A DNA stretch of 63,550 bases, filler included, from Octopus bimaculoides (GCF_001194135.2; 3 parts of 3 records of this genome joined end to end with filler, not necessarily neighbours in it), one strand, 5' to 3'. Positions 40,981-51,523 are shown, counted from the whole stretch's first letter. Numbers and translations are program-made. Notes: generated by a model from the sequence alone, not told the origin.

Positions 40981-41814
40981 GTGAGGCTGAGTGTTTTTTT
41001 TATTTTTGACTTCTGAGTTTCTTTCCTTCACAAAGCTCCAGGAACAATTTTAGAGGAAGCCTGGAATGTTAAGGTAAATCCATGAAGCACCCTATTTCGG
41101 TCAAGACGATTCTTTTNNNNNNNNNNNNNNNNNNNNNNNNNNNNNNNNNNNNNNNNNNNNNNNNNNNNNNNNNNNNNNNNNNNNNNNNNNNNNNNNNNNN
41201 NNNNNNNNNNNNNNNNNNNNNNNNNNNNNNNNNNNNNNNNNNNNNNNNNNNNNNNNNNNNNNNNNNNNNNNNNNNNNNNNNNNNNNNNNNNNNNNNNNNN
41301 NNNNNNNNNNNNNNNNNNNNNNNNNNNNNNNNNATATATACAATGGGCTTCTTTCAGTTTCCGTCTACCAAATCCACTCACAAGGCTTTGATCGGCCCAA
41401 GGCTATAGTAGAAGATACTTGCTCAAGGTGCCACGCAGAGGGACTGAACCTGAAACCATGTGGTTGGGAAGCAAACTTCTTACCACACAGCCACCCCTGC
41501 ACATAAGTTCTAAACTTAAAAAATTAATTACTGGGGGCAATTTGTTCGACCAAATTCTTGAAAGTGGTGCCCCAGCATGGCCACATTGTAATGAATGAGA
41601 CAAATAAGAGATAATCAGAAAACATTCTTTTACTCTTTTACTTATTTCAGTCATTTGACTGCGGCCATGCTGGAGCACCACTTTTAGTCGAACAAATTGA
41701 CCCTAACCCTAACCCTAGTACTTATTCTATCGGTCTCTTTTGCCGAACTGCTAAGTTGTGGAGGCGTAACCACACCAACATTGGTTGTCAAACGATGGTG
41801 GGGGAGGCAAACAC

Positions 41815-41857
<43 letters not shown>

Positions 41858-42103
41858 CACGATGGGCTTCTTTCAGTTTCCGTCTACCAAATCCACTCAC
41901 AAGGCTTTGGTAGGCCTGAGGCTATAGTAGAAGACACTTGCCCAAGGTGCCACGCAGTGGGACTGAACCTGGAACTATGTAGTTGGGAAGCAAACTTCTT
42001 ACCACGCAGCCACGCCTGCACCTATAATTATTTACAATTAACAATTTACAATTAACAATCAATTAGTAATTGATTTGTTTTTTTGTTTTTTTTTCTATTT
42101 CAG

Positions 42104-42171
42104 TCTCTTCAACTGGCTGGTCAGTTATATCAATGACCAATTCCATGGCAACTCCTGCAAGCAAAGTATTG
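42104..42171 (+). CDS. MYO19: Myosin exon (SLFNWLVSYINDQFHGNSCKQSIG)
   Basis: ctatttcag acceptor and G|gtaagt donor; phase 2-1. LF.WLV..IN motif. Confidence 0.88.
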
Positions 42172-42309
42172 GTAAGTTGTTTGTTGTTGTTGCTGTTGTT
42201 TAGCCAGAGGTCAGCCTTAGTCCAGATGACCTCTGATGAAAGACATTCCACTTGCAATATCCAAATTTGGACTGTGTTGACACGTGTGCAGACAATTCAC
42301 TGACAGACA

Positions 42310-42515
42310 ATTCCCACACGGTCTCAGACTCAACACGGTCTCAGATTCAACACGGTCTCAGATTCAACACGGTCTCAGATTCAACACGGTCTCAGACTCA
42401 ACATGGAGGCCTACATCAAGTGCCTGGAGGAGGTTGTGCTGCCACGGGTCAAGAAGGGTGGCTGCTGGAACCCCCCTACGTTTCACAACAGGACCCTGCA
42501 TCGTACCACACAATT
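42310..42515 (+). mobile_element. Tc1/mariner-superfamily transposase fragment with an internal 17-bp tandem expansion
   Basis: FPHGLRLN...MEAYIKCLEEVVLPRVK...QQDPASYHT, the QQD region of a DDD/E transposase. Frameshifted. Confidence 0.7.
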
Positions 42516-42759
42516 GTCCTGTTCGTAAGTTGTCTGTCTACCGTACTGTCATGGTCATGTAATGTGTATGGATGAGGACCATTGAGTAAAGAACTACTAA
42601 TCATTAAACATGGATGGAACCAGAGGCGTAGCTCAGTTCTAAAGTTAGGTGGGGAGCAAACACATAAAAGAGGCGCTGTGACACATACCAAACAATTTTT
42701 AACTCATTATTTACATTATTTACATTTGACGGATATTTGTCCTCATCTTGTTTGTTGTT

Positions 42760-42805
42760 AACACAACGTTTTGGCTGATATACCCTCCAGCCTTCTTCAG
42801 GTGTC
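42760..42805 (-). ncRNA. Hammerhead motif, same family, GAAA changed to AAAA
   Basis: The reverse strand reads GACAC CTGAAGAA GGCTG...CAGCC AAAA CGTT GTGTT; the lesion is at 42772. Confidence 0.55.
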
Positions 42806-43055
42806 TTGGGGAAATTTTGAACCTGGGTTCTCATTCCTAAGGTATTTTTTGATATCATTATTATTATACAGGTCACTGCCTGGAATCGAACTTGGAATCT
42901 TGGGGTTAGTAGCCAGTGCTACTAACCCCAAGATTCTGAGTTTGATTCCAGGCAGTGACCTGAATGATATTAATAATAATAATCATAAGAATAATAATAA
43001 TAATAATATCGAAAAATACCTTAGGAATGAGAACCCAGGTTCGAAATTTCCCCAA

Positions 43056-43101
43056 GACACCTGATGCGGGCTGGAGGGTATATCAGCCGAAACGTTGTGT
43101 T
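43056..43101 (+). ncRNA. Hammerhead motif, same family, CTGATGAA changed to CTGATGCG
   Basis: Stems are intact; conserved A9 is replaced at 43067. Confidence 0.55.
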
Positions 43102-43335
43102 AACAACAAACAAGATGAGGACAAATATCCATCAAATGTAAATAATAGCAGTGTAGTGACCAGTAAGGACCTTGTTTCTTGTTTTCAATAATCTGTGAGA
43201 ACATGTTTGGCCATAGAAAATCTGCCTCAATAAATGCCGTCTGACCCATGCAAGCATGGAAAAGTGGGCATTAAAATGATGATGATGATGAGGAGGAGGA
43301 GGAGGATTTTGATTTCCATTTCCATTGATTTCCAG

Positions 43336-43457
43336 GATTGCTAGACATTTATGGGTTTGAATGTTTCCAACAGAATAGTCTGGAACAGTTGTGCATCAAC
43401 TATGCCAATGAACGTCTACAACAACACTATGTTCAGCACTTTCTTCGAGATCTTCAG
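43336..43457 (+). CDS. MYO19: Myosin exon, switch-2 and relay helix ([41 protein letters not shown])
   Basis: atttccag acceptor and CAG|gtaggt donor; phase 1-0. DIYGFE and [13 protein letters not shown] motifs. Confidence 0.93.
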
Positions 43458-43493
43458 GTAGGTGTATCATCCCTTTATTATTTTCCTGTGAAG

Positions 43494-43812
43494 GCACATG
43501 GCTCAGTGGTTAGGGCGTCAGGCTCACAATCATGAGGTAATGAGTTTGATTCCCGGACCGGGCTGTGTGTTGTGTTCTTGAGCAAGACACTTTATTTCAC
43601 ATTGCTCCAGTTCACTCAGCTGTAGAAATGATTTGTGACATCACTGGTGCCAAGCTGTATCGGCCCCTTTGCCTTTCCCTTGGATAATATTGGTGGCATA
43701 GAGAGGAGAGGCTGGTATGCATGGGCGACTGCTGGTCTTCCATAAACAACCTTGCCTGGACTTGTGCCTCGGAGGGGAACTTTCTAGGTGCAATCCCATG
43801 GTCATTCATGAC
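43494..43812 (+). mobile_element. tRNA-derived SINE (gtgttcttgagcaagacacttt core family)
   Basis: A-box TGGCTCAGTGG. A reverse copy with an internal tandem duplication lies at about 50885-51355, and a related head at about 37714-37850. Confidence 0.8.
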
Positions 43813-44074
43813 CAAATTAGGTGGGGGGGCTTTACCCTTTTGTGTATGTAATAAAGACACATGGTTCAGTGGTGAGAGCATCAGGCTTACAATTGTGAGG
43901 TAGTGAGTTTGATTCCTGGACCAGGCTGTGTGTTGTTTAAATATTTTGTGCATTGCAGAAGTATAACCAGTTTGTTACACATAAATTTTAACAACAAAAT
44001 CTTATGTGGACCCCTAAGGATCACATGGGCCCCAGTTGAGAATCACCTGATCTATAACTTTGCTGGTACTTAAA

Positions 44075-44450
44075 GCCCTGTCTTTACCTATTGCCCAGCC
44101 TGCACCTATAGCCATTTCAGTGCGTATAACATTGTCTGTTCCTAAACTATGCAGATGCCTATAGCCCTGTGTTTACCTATTGCCTAGCCTACACCTATAG
44201 CCATTTCGTTGCCTATGCCTAAACTATGCGTATGCCTATAGCCCTGTCTGCACCTATAGCCATTTCAGTGCCTATAGCGTTGCCTGTGCCTAAACTATGC
44301 ATATGCCTATAGCCCTGCGTTTACCTATAGCCCTGCCTGCACCTATAGCCATTTCATTTCCTATCCCTAAATTATGCTCATGCCTATAGCCCTGTGTTTA
44401 CCTATAGCCCTGTTGCACCTATAATCATTTCATTGCCTATACCAATAGCC
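44075..44450. repeat. Complex minisatellite of about 70-90-bp units built from CCTATAG(CC) submotifs
   Basis: About five units, each beginning gccctg; recurring cacctatagccatttc and cctaaactatgc..atgcctata. Confidence 0.85.
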
Positions 44451-44527
44451 ATGCTTCACCTACTCATTTCCATAATCGTATGAGGAGCTCCTTAACATGT
44501 CTCTTTCCACCTTTTCTTCATTTGAAG

Positions 44528-44638
44528 ACTGAATACATTGATGAGAACATTGAGTGGACGTACACAGAATTTGAGGACAACCAACCACACATTGATCTCT
44601 TGGATGGCACATGTGGAGTGTTTGCTCTCCTTAATGAA
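44528..44638 (+). CDS. MYO19: Myosin exon (TEYIDENIEWTYTEFEDNQPHIDLLDGTCGVFALLNE)
   Basis: catttgaag acceptor and GAA|gtaagt donor; phase 0-0. EY..E.I.W....DNQ..IDL motif. Confidence 0.88.
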
Positions 44639-46430
44639 GTAAGTAGCTTATTGTTAGTTGTTCTAAAGCGACAAGGTGGCAGAATCATTTGCACATCATC
44701 ATTTAGTGTCCGTTTTTCCATGCTGGCATGGGTTGGACAGCTTGACAGGAACTGGTAAGGCCAATGGCCGCACCAGGTTCCACAGTCTGTTTTGGACTGG
44801 TTTCTCTGGTTAAATGTCCATCCTAATGCCAATCACTTTTCGTGTGGCACCATCACAGGTTTTTTTTTTAAGTGGCACCAGCACCAGAGGTTTTTGCATA
44901 ACAGACAGCTGTTGTATGGTGAGCTCAGGCATGGCTGATGCAAACAAGGAAGGCCTAAACCGAGGTACAGAGACACCCTAAAAAGCAACCTCAAATGGAT
45001 CAGCATTGGTCCATGCGAATTTGAAGCTTCTGCCACAGACAGACCAGTGCCGGTGGCACATAAAAAGCACCATTTGAGCGTGGGTCATTGCCCGTGTCGC
45101 CTGACTGGCTCTTGTGCCTGTGACATGTTGTTTTGTTGGCACTCCGTCGCTTACGACGTCGAGAGTTCCAGTTGATCCGATCAATGGAACAGCCTGCTCG
45201 TGAAATTAACGTGCAAGTGGCTGAGCACTCCACAGACACGTGTACCGTTAACGTAGTTCTCGGGGGGATATTCAGCGTGACACAGTGTGACAAGGCTGAC
45301 CCTTTGAATTACAGGTACAACAGAAACAGGAAGTAAGAGTGAGAGAAAGTTGTGGAAGAGTACAGCAGGGTTCGACGATATGGCTAAAGGGTTAAAAAGC
45401 ACTGATATTAATTTGTTTGACTGAACTCTTTAAGGCAGTACTCCAGCTNNNNNNNNNNNNNNNNNNNNNNNNNNNNNNNNNNNNNNNNNNNNNNNNNNNN
45501 NNNNNNNNNNNNNNNNNNNNNNNNNNNNNNNNNNNNNNNNNNNNNNNNNNNNNNNNNNNNNNNNNNNNNNNNNNNNNNNNNNNNNNNNNNNNNNNNNNNN
45601 NNNNNNNNNNNNNNNNNNNNNNNNNNNNNNNNNNNNNNNNNNNNNNNNNNNNNNNNNNNNNNNNNNNNNNNNNNNNNNNNNNNNNNNNNNNNNNNNNNNN
45701 NNNNNNNNNNNNNNNNNNNNNNNNNNNNNNNNNNNNNNNNNNNNNNNNNNNNNNNNNNNNNNNNNNNNNNNNNNNNNNNNNNNNNNNNNNNNNNNNNNNN
45801 NNNNNNNNNNNNNNNNNNNNNNNNNNNNNNNNNNNNNNNNNNNNNNNNNNNNNNNNNNNNNNNNNNNNNNNNNNNNNNNNNNNNNNNNNNNNNNNNNNNN
45901 NNNNNNNNNNNNNNNNNNNNNNNNNNNNNNNNNNNNNNNNNNNNNNNNNNNNNNNNNNNNNNNNNNNNNNNNNNNNNNNNNNNNNNNNNNNNNNNNNNNN
46001 NNNNNNNNNNNNNNNNNNNNNNNNNNNNNNNNNNNNNNNNNNNNNNNNNNNNNNNNNNNNNNNNNNNNNNNNNNNNNNNNNNNNNNNNNNNNNNNNNNNN
46101 NNNNNNNNNNNNNNNNNNNNNNNNNNNNNNNNNNNNNNNNNNNNNNNNNNNNNNNNNNNNNNNNNNNNNNNNNNNNNNNNNNNNNNNNNNNNNNNNNNNN
46201 NNNNNNNNNNNNNNNNNNNNNNNNNNNNNNNNNNNNNNNNNNNNNNNNNNNNNNNNNNNNNNNNNNNNNNNNNNNNNNNNNNNNNNNNNNNNNNNNNNNN
46301 NNNNNNNNNNNNNNNNNNNNNNNNNNNNNNNNNNNNNNNNNNNNNNNNNNNNNNNNNNNNNNNNNNNNNNNNNNNNNNNNNNNNNNNNNNNNNNNNNNNN
46401 NNNNNNNNNNNNNNNNNNNNNNNNNNNNNN

Positions 46431-46590
46431 GCTGGTGTGTTTATGTCCCCGTCACTTAGCGGTTCGGCAAAAGAGACCAATAGAATAAGTACTAGGCTTA
46501 CAAAGAATAAGTCCTGGGGTCGATTTGCTCGACTAAAGGCAGTGCTCCAGCATGGCCACAGTCAAATGACCGAAACAAGTAAAAGAGTAT
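46431..46590 (+). mobile_element. SINE 3' portion (gctccagcatggccgcagtcaaatgactgaaac family)
   Basis: Shared with about 5465-5620(-), 30790-31030(-), 37995-38185, 41645-41800(-), 50130-50290 and 60630-60790(-). Confidence 0.8.
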
Positions 46591-46654
46591 ATTCTTTTAA
46601 TTACTATATTCCAGATTTTCAAGTTTCATTATTTGTTTCAATTTATTCAATTAG

Positions 46655-46900
46655 GAAGTCTACCTGAATCGTCCAAAAGACCTGATAAGTCTTGGTAACC
46701 GTTTGATGGAGGTCACCAATAGAAAGACCAGCCATCGTCAGCCTTTGACACCAAGACTTCACAATAAGATCAACGACAGTTCTTCAGCTGCTCAAAGAAG
46801 TCAGAAGAAGAATTCAGAGAAATTTAGTCCCAGATTTGTGATCAGACATTTTTGTGGCGTTGTTGATTATGAAGCCAGAGAAATGGTTGAGAAAAACAAG
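46655..46900 (+). CDS. MYO19: Myosin exon (EVYLNRPKDL...FSPRFVIRHFCGVVDYEAREMVEKNK)
   Basis: caattag acceptor and AAG|gtttgt donor; 246 nt, phase 0-0. F.I.H.xG.V.Y and EKNK motifs; LNRP is MYO19-like. Confidence 0.88.
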
Positions 46901-47114
46901 GTTTGTTTAAAAAATATGAAAAGTCTAATATTTGAGTTGTTTGTTGTGTTTGGTGAAGGGATTAAGGTGAGACCAAACATTGAGACTGATAATGTTACAT
47001 TGAAAAAACAGCATGATAGCCATGTAAATCATGCACACACACACACACATACATATGGTGTCCCTGAGTGGACAGTTAGTACAAGGGGCTAATCATTCAT
47101 AATATTAGGTGGGA

Positions 47115-47410
47115 GTGCTGGTGGCATGTAAAAACACCATTCGAGCATGGTCATTGCCAGTGCCGCCTGACTGGCTCCTGTGCCAGTGGTACATAAAAAG
47201 CACCATTCGAGCATGGTCATTGCCAATGCTGCTTGACTGACCCTCGTGCCAGTGGCACATAAAAGCACCATTCGAGCGTGGTCGTTGCCAGTGCCGCCTG
47301 ACTGGCTCCCGTGCCAGTGGTACATAAAAAGCACCATTCGAGCGTGGTCGTTGCCAGTGCCGCCTGACTGGCTCCCGTGCCAGTGGTACGTAAAAAGCAC
47401 CATTCAAGCA
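47115..47410 (+). repeat. Tandem array of about 4.5 copies of a 65-66-bp unit from the RTE 3' UTR
   Basis: Unit gtgccagtggtacataaaaagcaccattcgagcgtggtcgttgccagtgccgcctgactggctccc; ends at a 10-N gap. Confidence 0.9.
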
Positions 47411-47628
47411 NNNNNNNNNNCAAGCATGGTCGTGGAGGTAAAGAAAATGATTGCAGCCAAATTGAAAATAAAGTGTTGCGGACAGATAAGTAGCCACAGT
47501 TCAAATGACTGAAACAGGTAAAAAAAAAAAAAAAAAAAGATTTGTTCATTTTTTTTCTTTTTTGTCAACCTTGTGGCTAGTTTATTATATTTAATTTAAT
47601 CCAGTTGAATTATTGTGTTAATTTTCAG

Positions 47629-47781
47629 GACAATATACCAAGCGAAGTGGAAAATCTGGTCAAAACTAGCCAACTTGACTTTGTCCAACAAATCATGACT
47701 TCCATAACATCATCAACATCAACAACAACAACAACATCAACACCAAGTAAGAAGAAAAAAACAGTTTTAACAAAATTCAAG
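47629..47781 (+). CDS. MYO19: Myosin exon, loop 2 (DNIPSEVENLVKTSQLDFVQQIMTSITSSTSTTTTTSTPSKKKKTVLTKFK)
   Basis: attttcag acceptor and AAG|gtaaat donor; phase 0-0. D.IP and TV..KFK motifs. Confidence 0.88.
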
Positions 47782-48570
47782 GTAAATCTGAGAGATTTTC
47801 CCTGCAATAATCTCTTTTTTGATATTTACTCTTCTTGATCTGTGTTTCTTAACCCTTTAACATTTAAAGCACTCATATCCGGCCCAAATATTCAACCTGT
47901 TTTAGGTTCACACTGGCTAGATCCAACTTCTCACACATACTCTACAATATCATTCTAGAAATATTGTTGTTGGCACTCCGTCGCTTATGACGTCGAGGGT
48001 TTCCAGTTGATCCGATCAACGGAACAGCCTGCTCGTGAAATTAACGTGCAAGTGGCTGAGCACTCCACAGACATGTGTACCCTTAACGTAGTTCTCGGGG
48101 ATATTCAGCGTGACACAGAGTGTGACAAGGCTGACCCTTCGAAATACAGGTACAACAGAAACAGGAAGTAAGAGTGAGAGAAAGTTGTGGTGAAAGAGTA
48201 CAGCAGGGTTCGCCACCATCCCCTGCTGGAGCCTCGTAGAGCTTTTAGGTGTTTTCGCTCAATAAACACTCACAACGCCCAGTCTGGGAATCGAAACCAC
48301 GAGTCTGCTGCCCTAACCACTGGGCCATTGCGCTTTCACACAGTAAAGTAAACGTGCAAGTAGTTGAGCACTCCACACACACGTGTACCCTTAACGTAGT
48401 TCTCGGGGATGCTGACCCCTTTGAATTACAGGCACAACAGAAACAGGAAGTAAGAATGAGAGAAAGTTGTGGTGAAAGAGTACAGCAGGGTTCGCCACCA
48501 TCCCCTGCCGGAACCTCATGGAGCTTTAGGTGATTATTATTATTATATTTTTTTTATTATTATCTTCCAG

Positions 48571-48749
48571 ACCTCTCTTGACCAACTGATGCTGTCACTA
48601 AATGCCTCAGATGTCCACTACGTTCGCTGCCTGAAACCCAACAAGGACTGTGTCCCCAATAAATTTGACCGACTCTTTATGATGTCTCAGCTAAAGGCCA
48701 GTGGGATTTTGGAAACAGTGGAGATTAGTCACCAAGGTCACCCTGTCAG
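48571..48749 (+). CDS. MYO19: Myosin exon, SH1/SH2 region (TSLDQLMLSLNASDVHYVRCLKPN...SQLKASGILETVEISHQGHPVR)
   Basis: cttccag acceptor and AG|gtcagt donor; phase 0-2. HYVRC.KPN and QL...G..E motifs. Confidence 0.92.
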
Positions 48750-48990
48750 GTCAGTATTTTGTACCGATGTCTGGAATATTCTTTGTGGGCACCCATACCC
48801 AGTGGCACGTAAACAGCACCCATTGCACTCTTGGAGTGGCTGGCATTAGGAAGGGCGTCCAACCATAGAAACCATGCCAAATCAGACTGGAACTTGGTGC
48901 AGTTTACCAGTTTCAGTCAAACCGTCCAACCCATGCCAGCATGAAAAGCAGATGTTAAAGGATGATATTGGTGATAAACCTTTAATGGTG

Positions 48991-49023
<33 letters not shown>

Positions 49024-49652
49024 CTGCTGTGCTTGAGGAGACCTATTGAGTCAAGTACATCAACATCAAAATGAAAATCAAATGGAAATTGTAGTTGTGA
49101 CACCCGTGCCAGTGGCACGTAAAAAGCACCGTCCGGACGTGGCTGATGCCAGCGCCGCCTTGACTGGCTTCCGTGCCGGTGGCATGTAAAAAGCACCAAC
49201 CGATCGTAGCCATTGCCAGCCTCCTATGGCCCCTGTGCTGGTGGCATGGCATGTAAAAAGCACCCACTACACTCTCGGGGGTGGTTGGCGTTAGGAAGGG
49301 CATCCAGCTGTAGAATCACTGCCAGATCAGATTGAGGCCTGGTGCAACCTCCTGGCTTCCCAGACCCTTGTCAAACCATCCAATCCATGCTAGCATGGAA
49401 GGCAAACGCTAAACGATGATGATGATGATGATATATATATATACATATATACATACACACAACAGGCTTCTTCCAGTTTACATCTATCAAGTCCTCTCAC
49501 AAGCATTTGGTCAACCCAACGTAGGCATTAGTAGAAGACATTCTTCTAATGTGTCCTGCAGTGGGACCAAACACTAACCGCCATGCTGAGAAAGTAAACT
49601 TCTTAAGCAACATATCCCACACCAAACTGTTCTAAATAAATATCTATTTCAG

Positions 49653-49855
49653 GATGACGTATGCAGACTTCCTCCGTCGGTACTCTGTAGTTCGGTGTAC
49701 TAGGGGACCAGCAAGTGGCCACAGACTTGATGGAGCCCTTGAAGACAATGTCAGCATTGACAACATCATTAGTACCATGGCAAATAAGAGACTTCAGGTA
49801 CGAGAAAGAGTAAAACGAACACCAACACCTTGTAAAGTGATGCGGAGACGTACAG
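49653..49855 (+). CDS. MYO19: Myosin exon (MTYADFLRRYSVVRCTRG...PTPCKVMRRRT)
   Basis: ctatttcag acceptor; R..Y..F..RY motif. The strongest donor is ACAG|gtaagc at 49855 (phase 1); a weaker alternative is CAG|gtacga at 49797. Confidence 0.8.
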
Positions 49856-49919
49856 GTAAGCACATAACACTTAGTATTTTCTCACCTTACCAATTACACA
49901 ACACATTTTTCAAACGAGG

Positions 49920-50080
49920 CGTAGGAGTGGCTGTGTGGTAAGTAGCTTGCTTACCAACCACATGGTTCCGGGTTCATTCCCACTGCGTGGCACCTTGGGC
50001 AAGTGTCTTCTACTATAGCCTCGGGCCAACCAAAGCCTTGTGAGTGGATTTGGTAGACGGAAACTGAAAGAAGCCCGCTT
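49920..50080 (+). mobile_element. tRNA-derived SINE (ccttgtgagtggatttggtagacggaaactgaaagaagccc family)
   Basis: Many copies, ending in (TA)n or (CA)n: about 1455-1610(-), 3945-4100, 15105-15680, 22660-22810, 36950-37110, 41335-41495(-), 41860-42020(-) and 60455-60610(-). Confidence 0.85.
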
Positions 50081-50302
50081 TATACACACACACACACTCA
50101 TATATTTGTATCTGTGTTTGTCCAGCGACATTGATGTGTTTATGTCCCCGTAACTTAGCGGTTCAGCAAAAGAGACCAATAGAATAAGTACTAGACTTAC
50201 AAAGAATAAGTCTTGGGATTGATTTATTTCACTAAAATGCCTTAAGGCAGTACTCCAGCATGGCCGCAGTCAAAATGACTGAAACGTGTAAAAAACTAAA
50301 AG

Positions 50303-50356
<54 letters not shown>

Positions 50357-50645
50357 ATATGAAACAAAAATGGGAAAAGGATACTAAATACCATATACAA
50401 AAAATACCAAATAAATTTGTGGTTTATTTAAATTATTTTGGCTTTGACAGACAAGGCACAAAACCAAACTGCATCTTATCAAAGCTAACTGTCTTCCTAA
50501 TTAGTTGAGCTATGACCCTCTCTGTGTGAAATATACTATGATAGGCACACATATAATATAGGAGGCATTTGGTAACAGAATGTCATAAGCACCACCCCAG
50601 CCATTTTTGAGGTCAGTATATCATTTTCTTTGTCTCAATGTCTAG

Positions 50646-50672
50646 AATCCCAAAAAGTTGGGAGGAAAACTG
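50646..50672 (+). CDS. Candidate 27-nt microexon (ESQKVGRKT)
   Basis: tcattttctttgtctcaatgtctag acceptor and CTG|gtgagg donor; phase 1-1, stop-free, in frame with the preceding myosin exon. No homology support. Confidence 0.4.
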
Positions 50673-51502
50673 GTGAGGTTTGCAATAAAATTTCAACTAC
50701 AAGAAATTCATTCTGCTTTTTAAACACTGCGAGATGTGTTTCTTATTTAAAAATTTTTTTTTTTTTTGCAATAAAAACAAGTCATTACAAAATTTTTCTA
50801 TGATTTACTTTGAGAATATTTGTGCAAACGTTTACTCCGTATCTATACATCATATCACAATAAACTCCTTTTAAGGGCTCTGCTATCAGACCAGGTAAAG
50901 ACCCCCTTTTCAGTCATGAATGACCATAGGATTGCACCTAGAAAGTTCCCCTCCAAGTTACATGTCCAGGCAAAATTGTTTATGGAAGACCAGCAGTCGC
51001 CCATGCATACCAGCCTCCCTTCTCCACAGTAAAAACCCCCTTTGGTCATGAATGACCATGGGATTGTACCTAGAAAGTTCCCCTCTGAGGCATAAGTCTG
51101 GGCAAGGTTGTTTATGGAAGACCAGCAGTCACCCATGCATACCGGTCTCCCCTCGCCACGCCACTGATGTTATCCAAGGGAAAGGCAAAGGGGCCGATAC
51201 AGTTTGGCACCAGTGACATCACAGCTCATTTCTACAGCTGAGTGAACTGGAGCAACATGAAATAAAGTGTCTTGCTCAAGAACATAATACACAACACAAC
51301 CCAGTCCGTGAATTGAACTCACTACCTTGTGACTGTGAACCTGACACTCTACCACGTAGTAATTAATTGCAAAGTAGTGTAGTGTAACTTATCCGTGTAA
51401 CTGAAAATCCAGAATATCCAAGTGATGAGCTGTTGATCTAACTTATGATGTTCTGGAGATCTTATAAAGCGTTGTCCTGAAATTCAGTTGCTCTCTTTCC
51501 AG

Positions 51503-51523
51503 CAGATGACGAAGATTTGAAAG
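51503..51523 (+). CDS. Candidate 21-nt microexon (ADDEDLK; 18 nt with the alternative NAGNAG acceptor)
   Basis: ttgctctctttccagcag acceptor and a perfect AAG|gtaagt donor; phase 1-1, stop-free. Confidence 0.45.

Larger units (their letters stand above)
42715..43146. repeat. Approx. 430-bp imperfect palindrome of two head-to-head copies of the hammerhead-bearing element
   Basis: Arms meet at GGGGTTAGTAGC-cagt-GCTACTAACCCC (loop 42914-42917). Each arm has a B-box-like segment (GTTCGATTCC on the left arm), an AAT spacer and the body. Confidence 0.9.

Noticed and set aside
42316-42400. Possible CRISPR-like array
   Set aside because: Head-to-tail 17-bp units with no spacers, in a eukaryotic transposase remnant.
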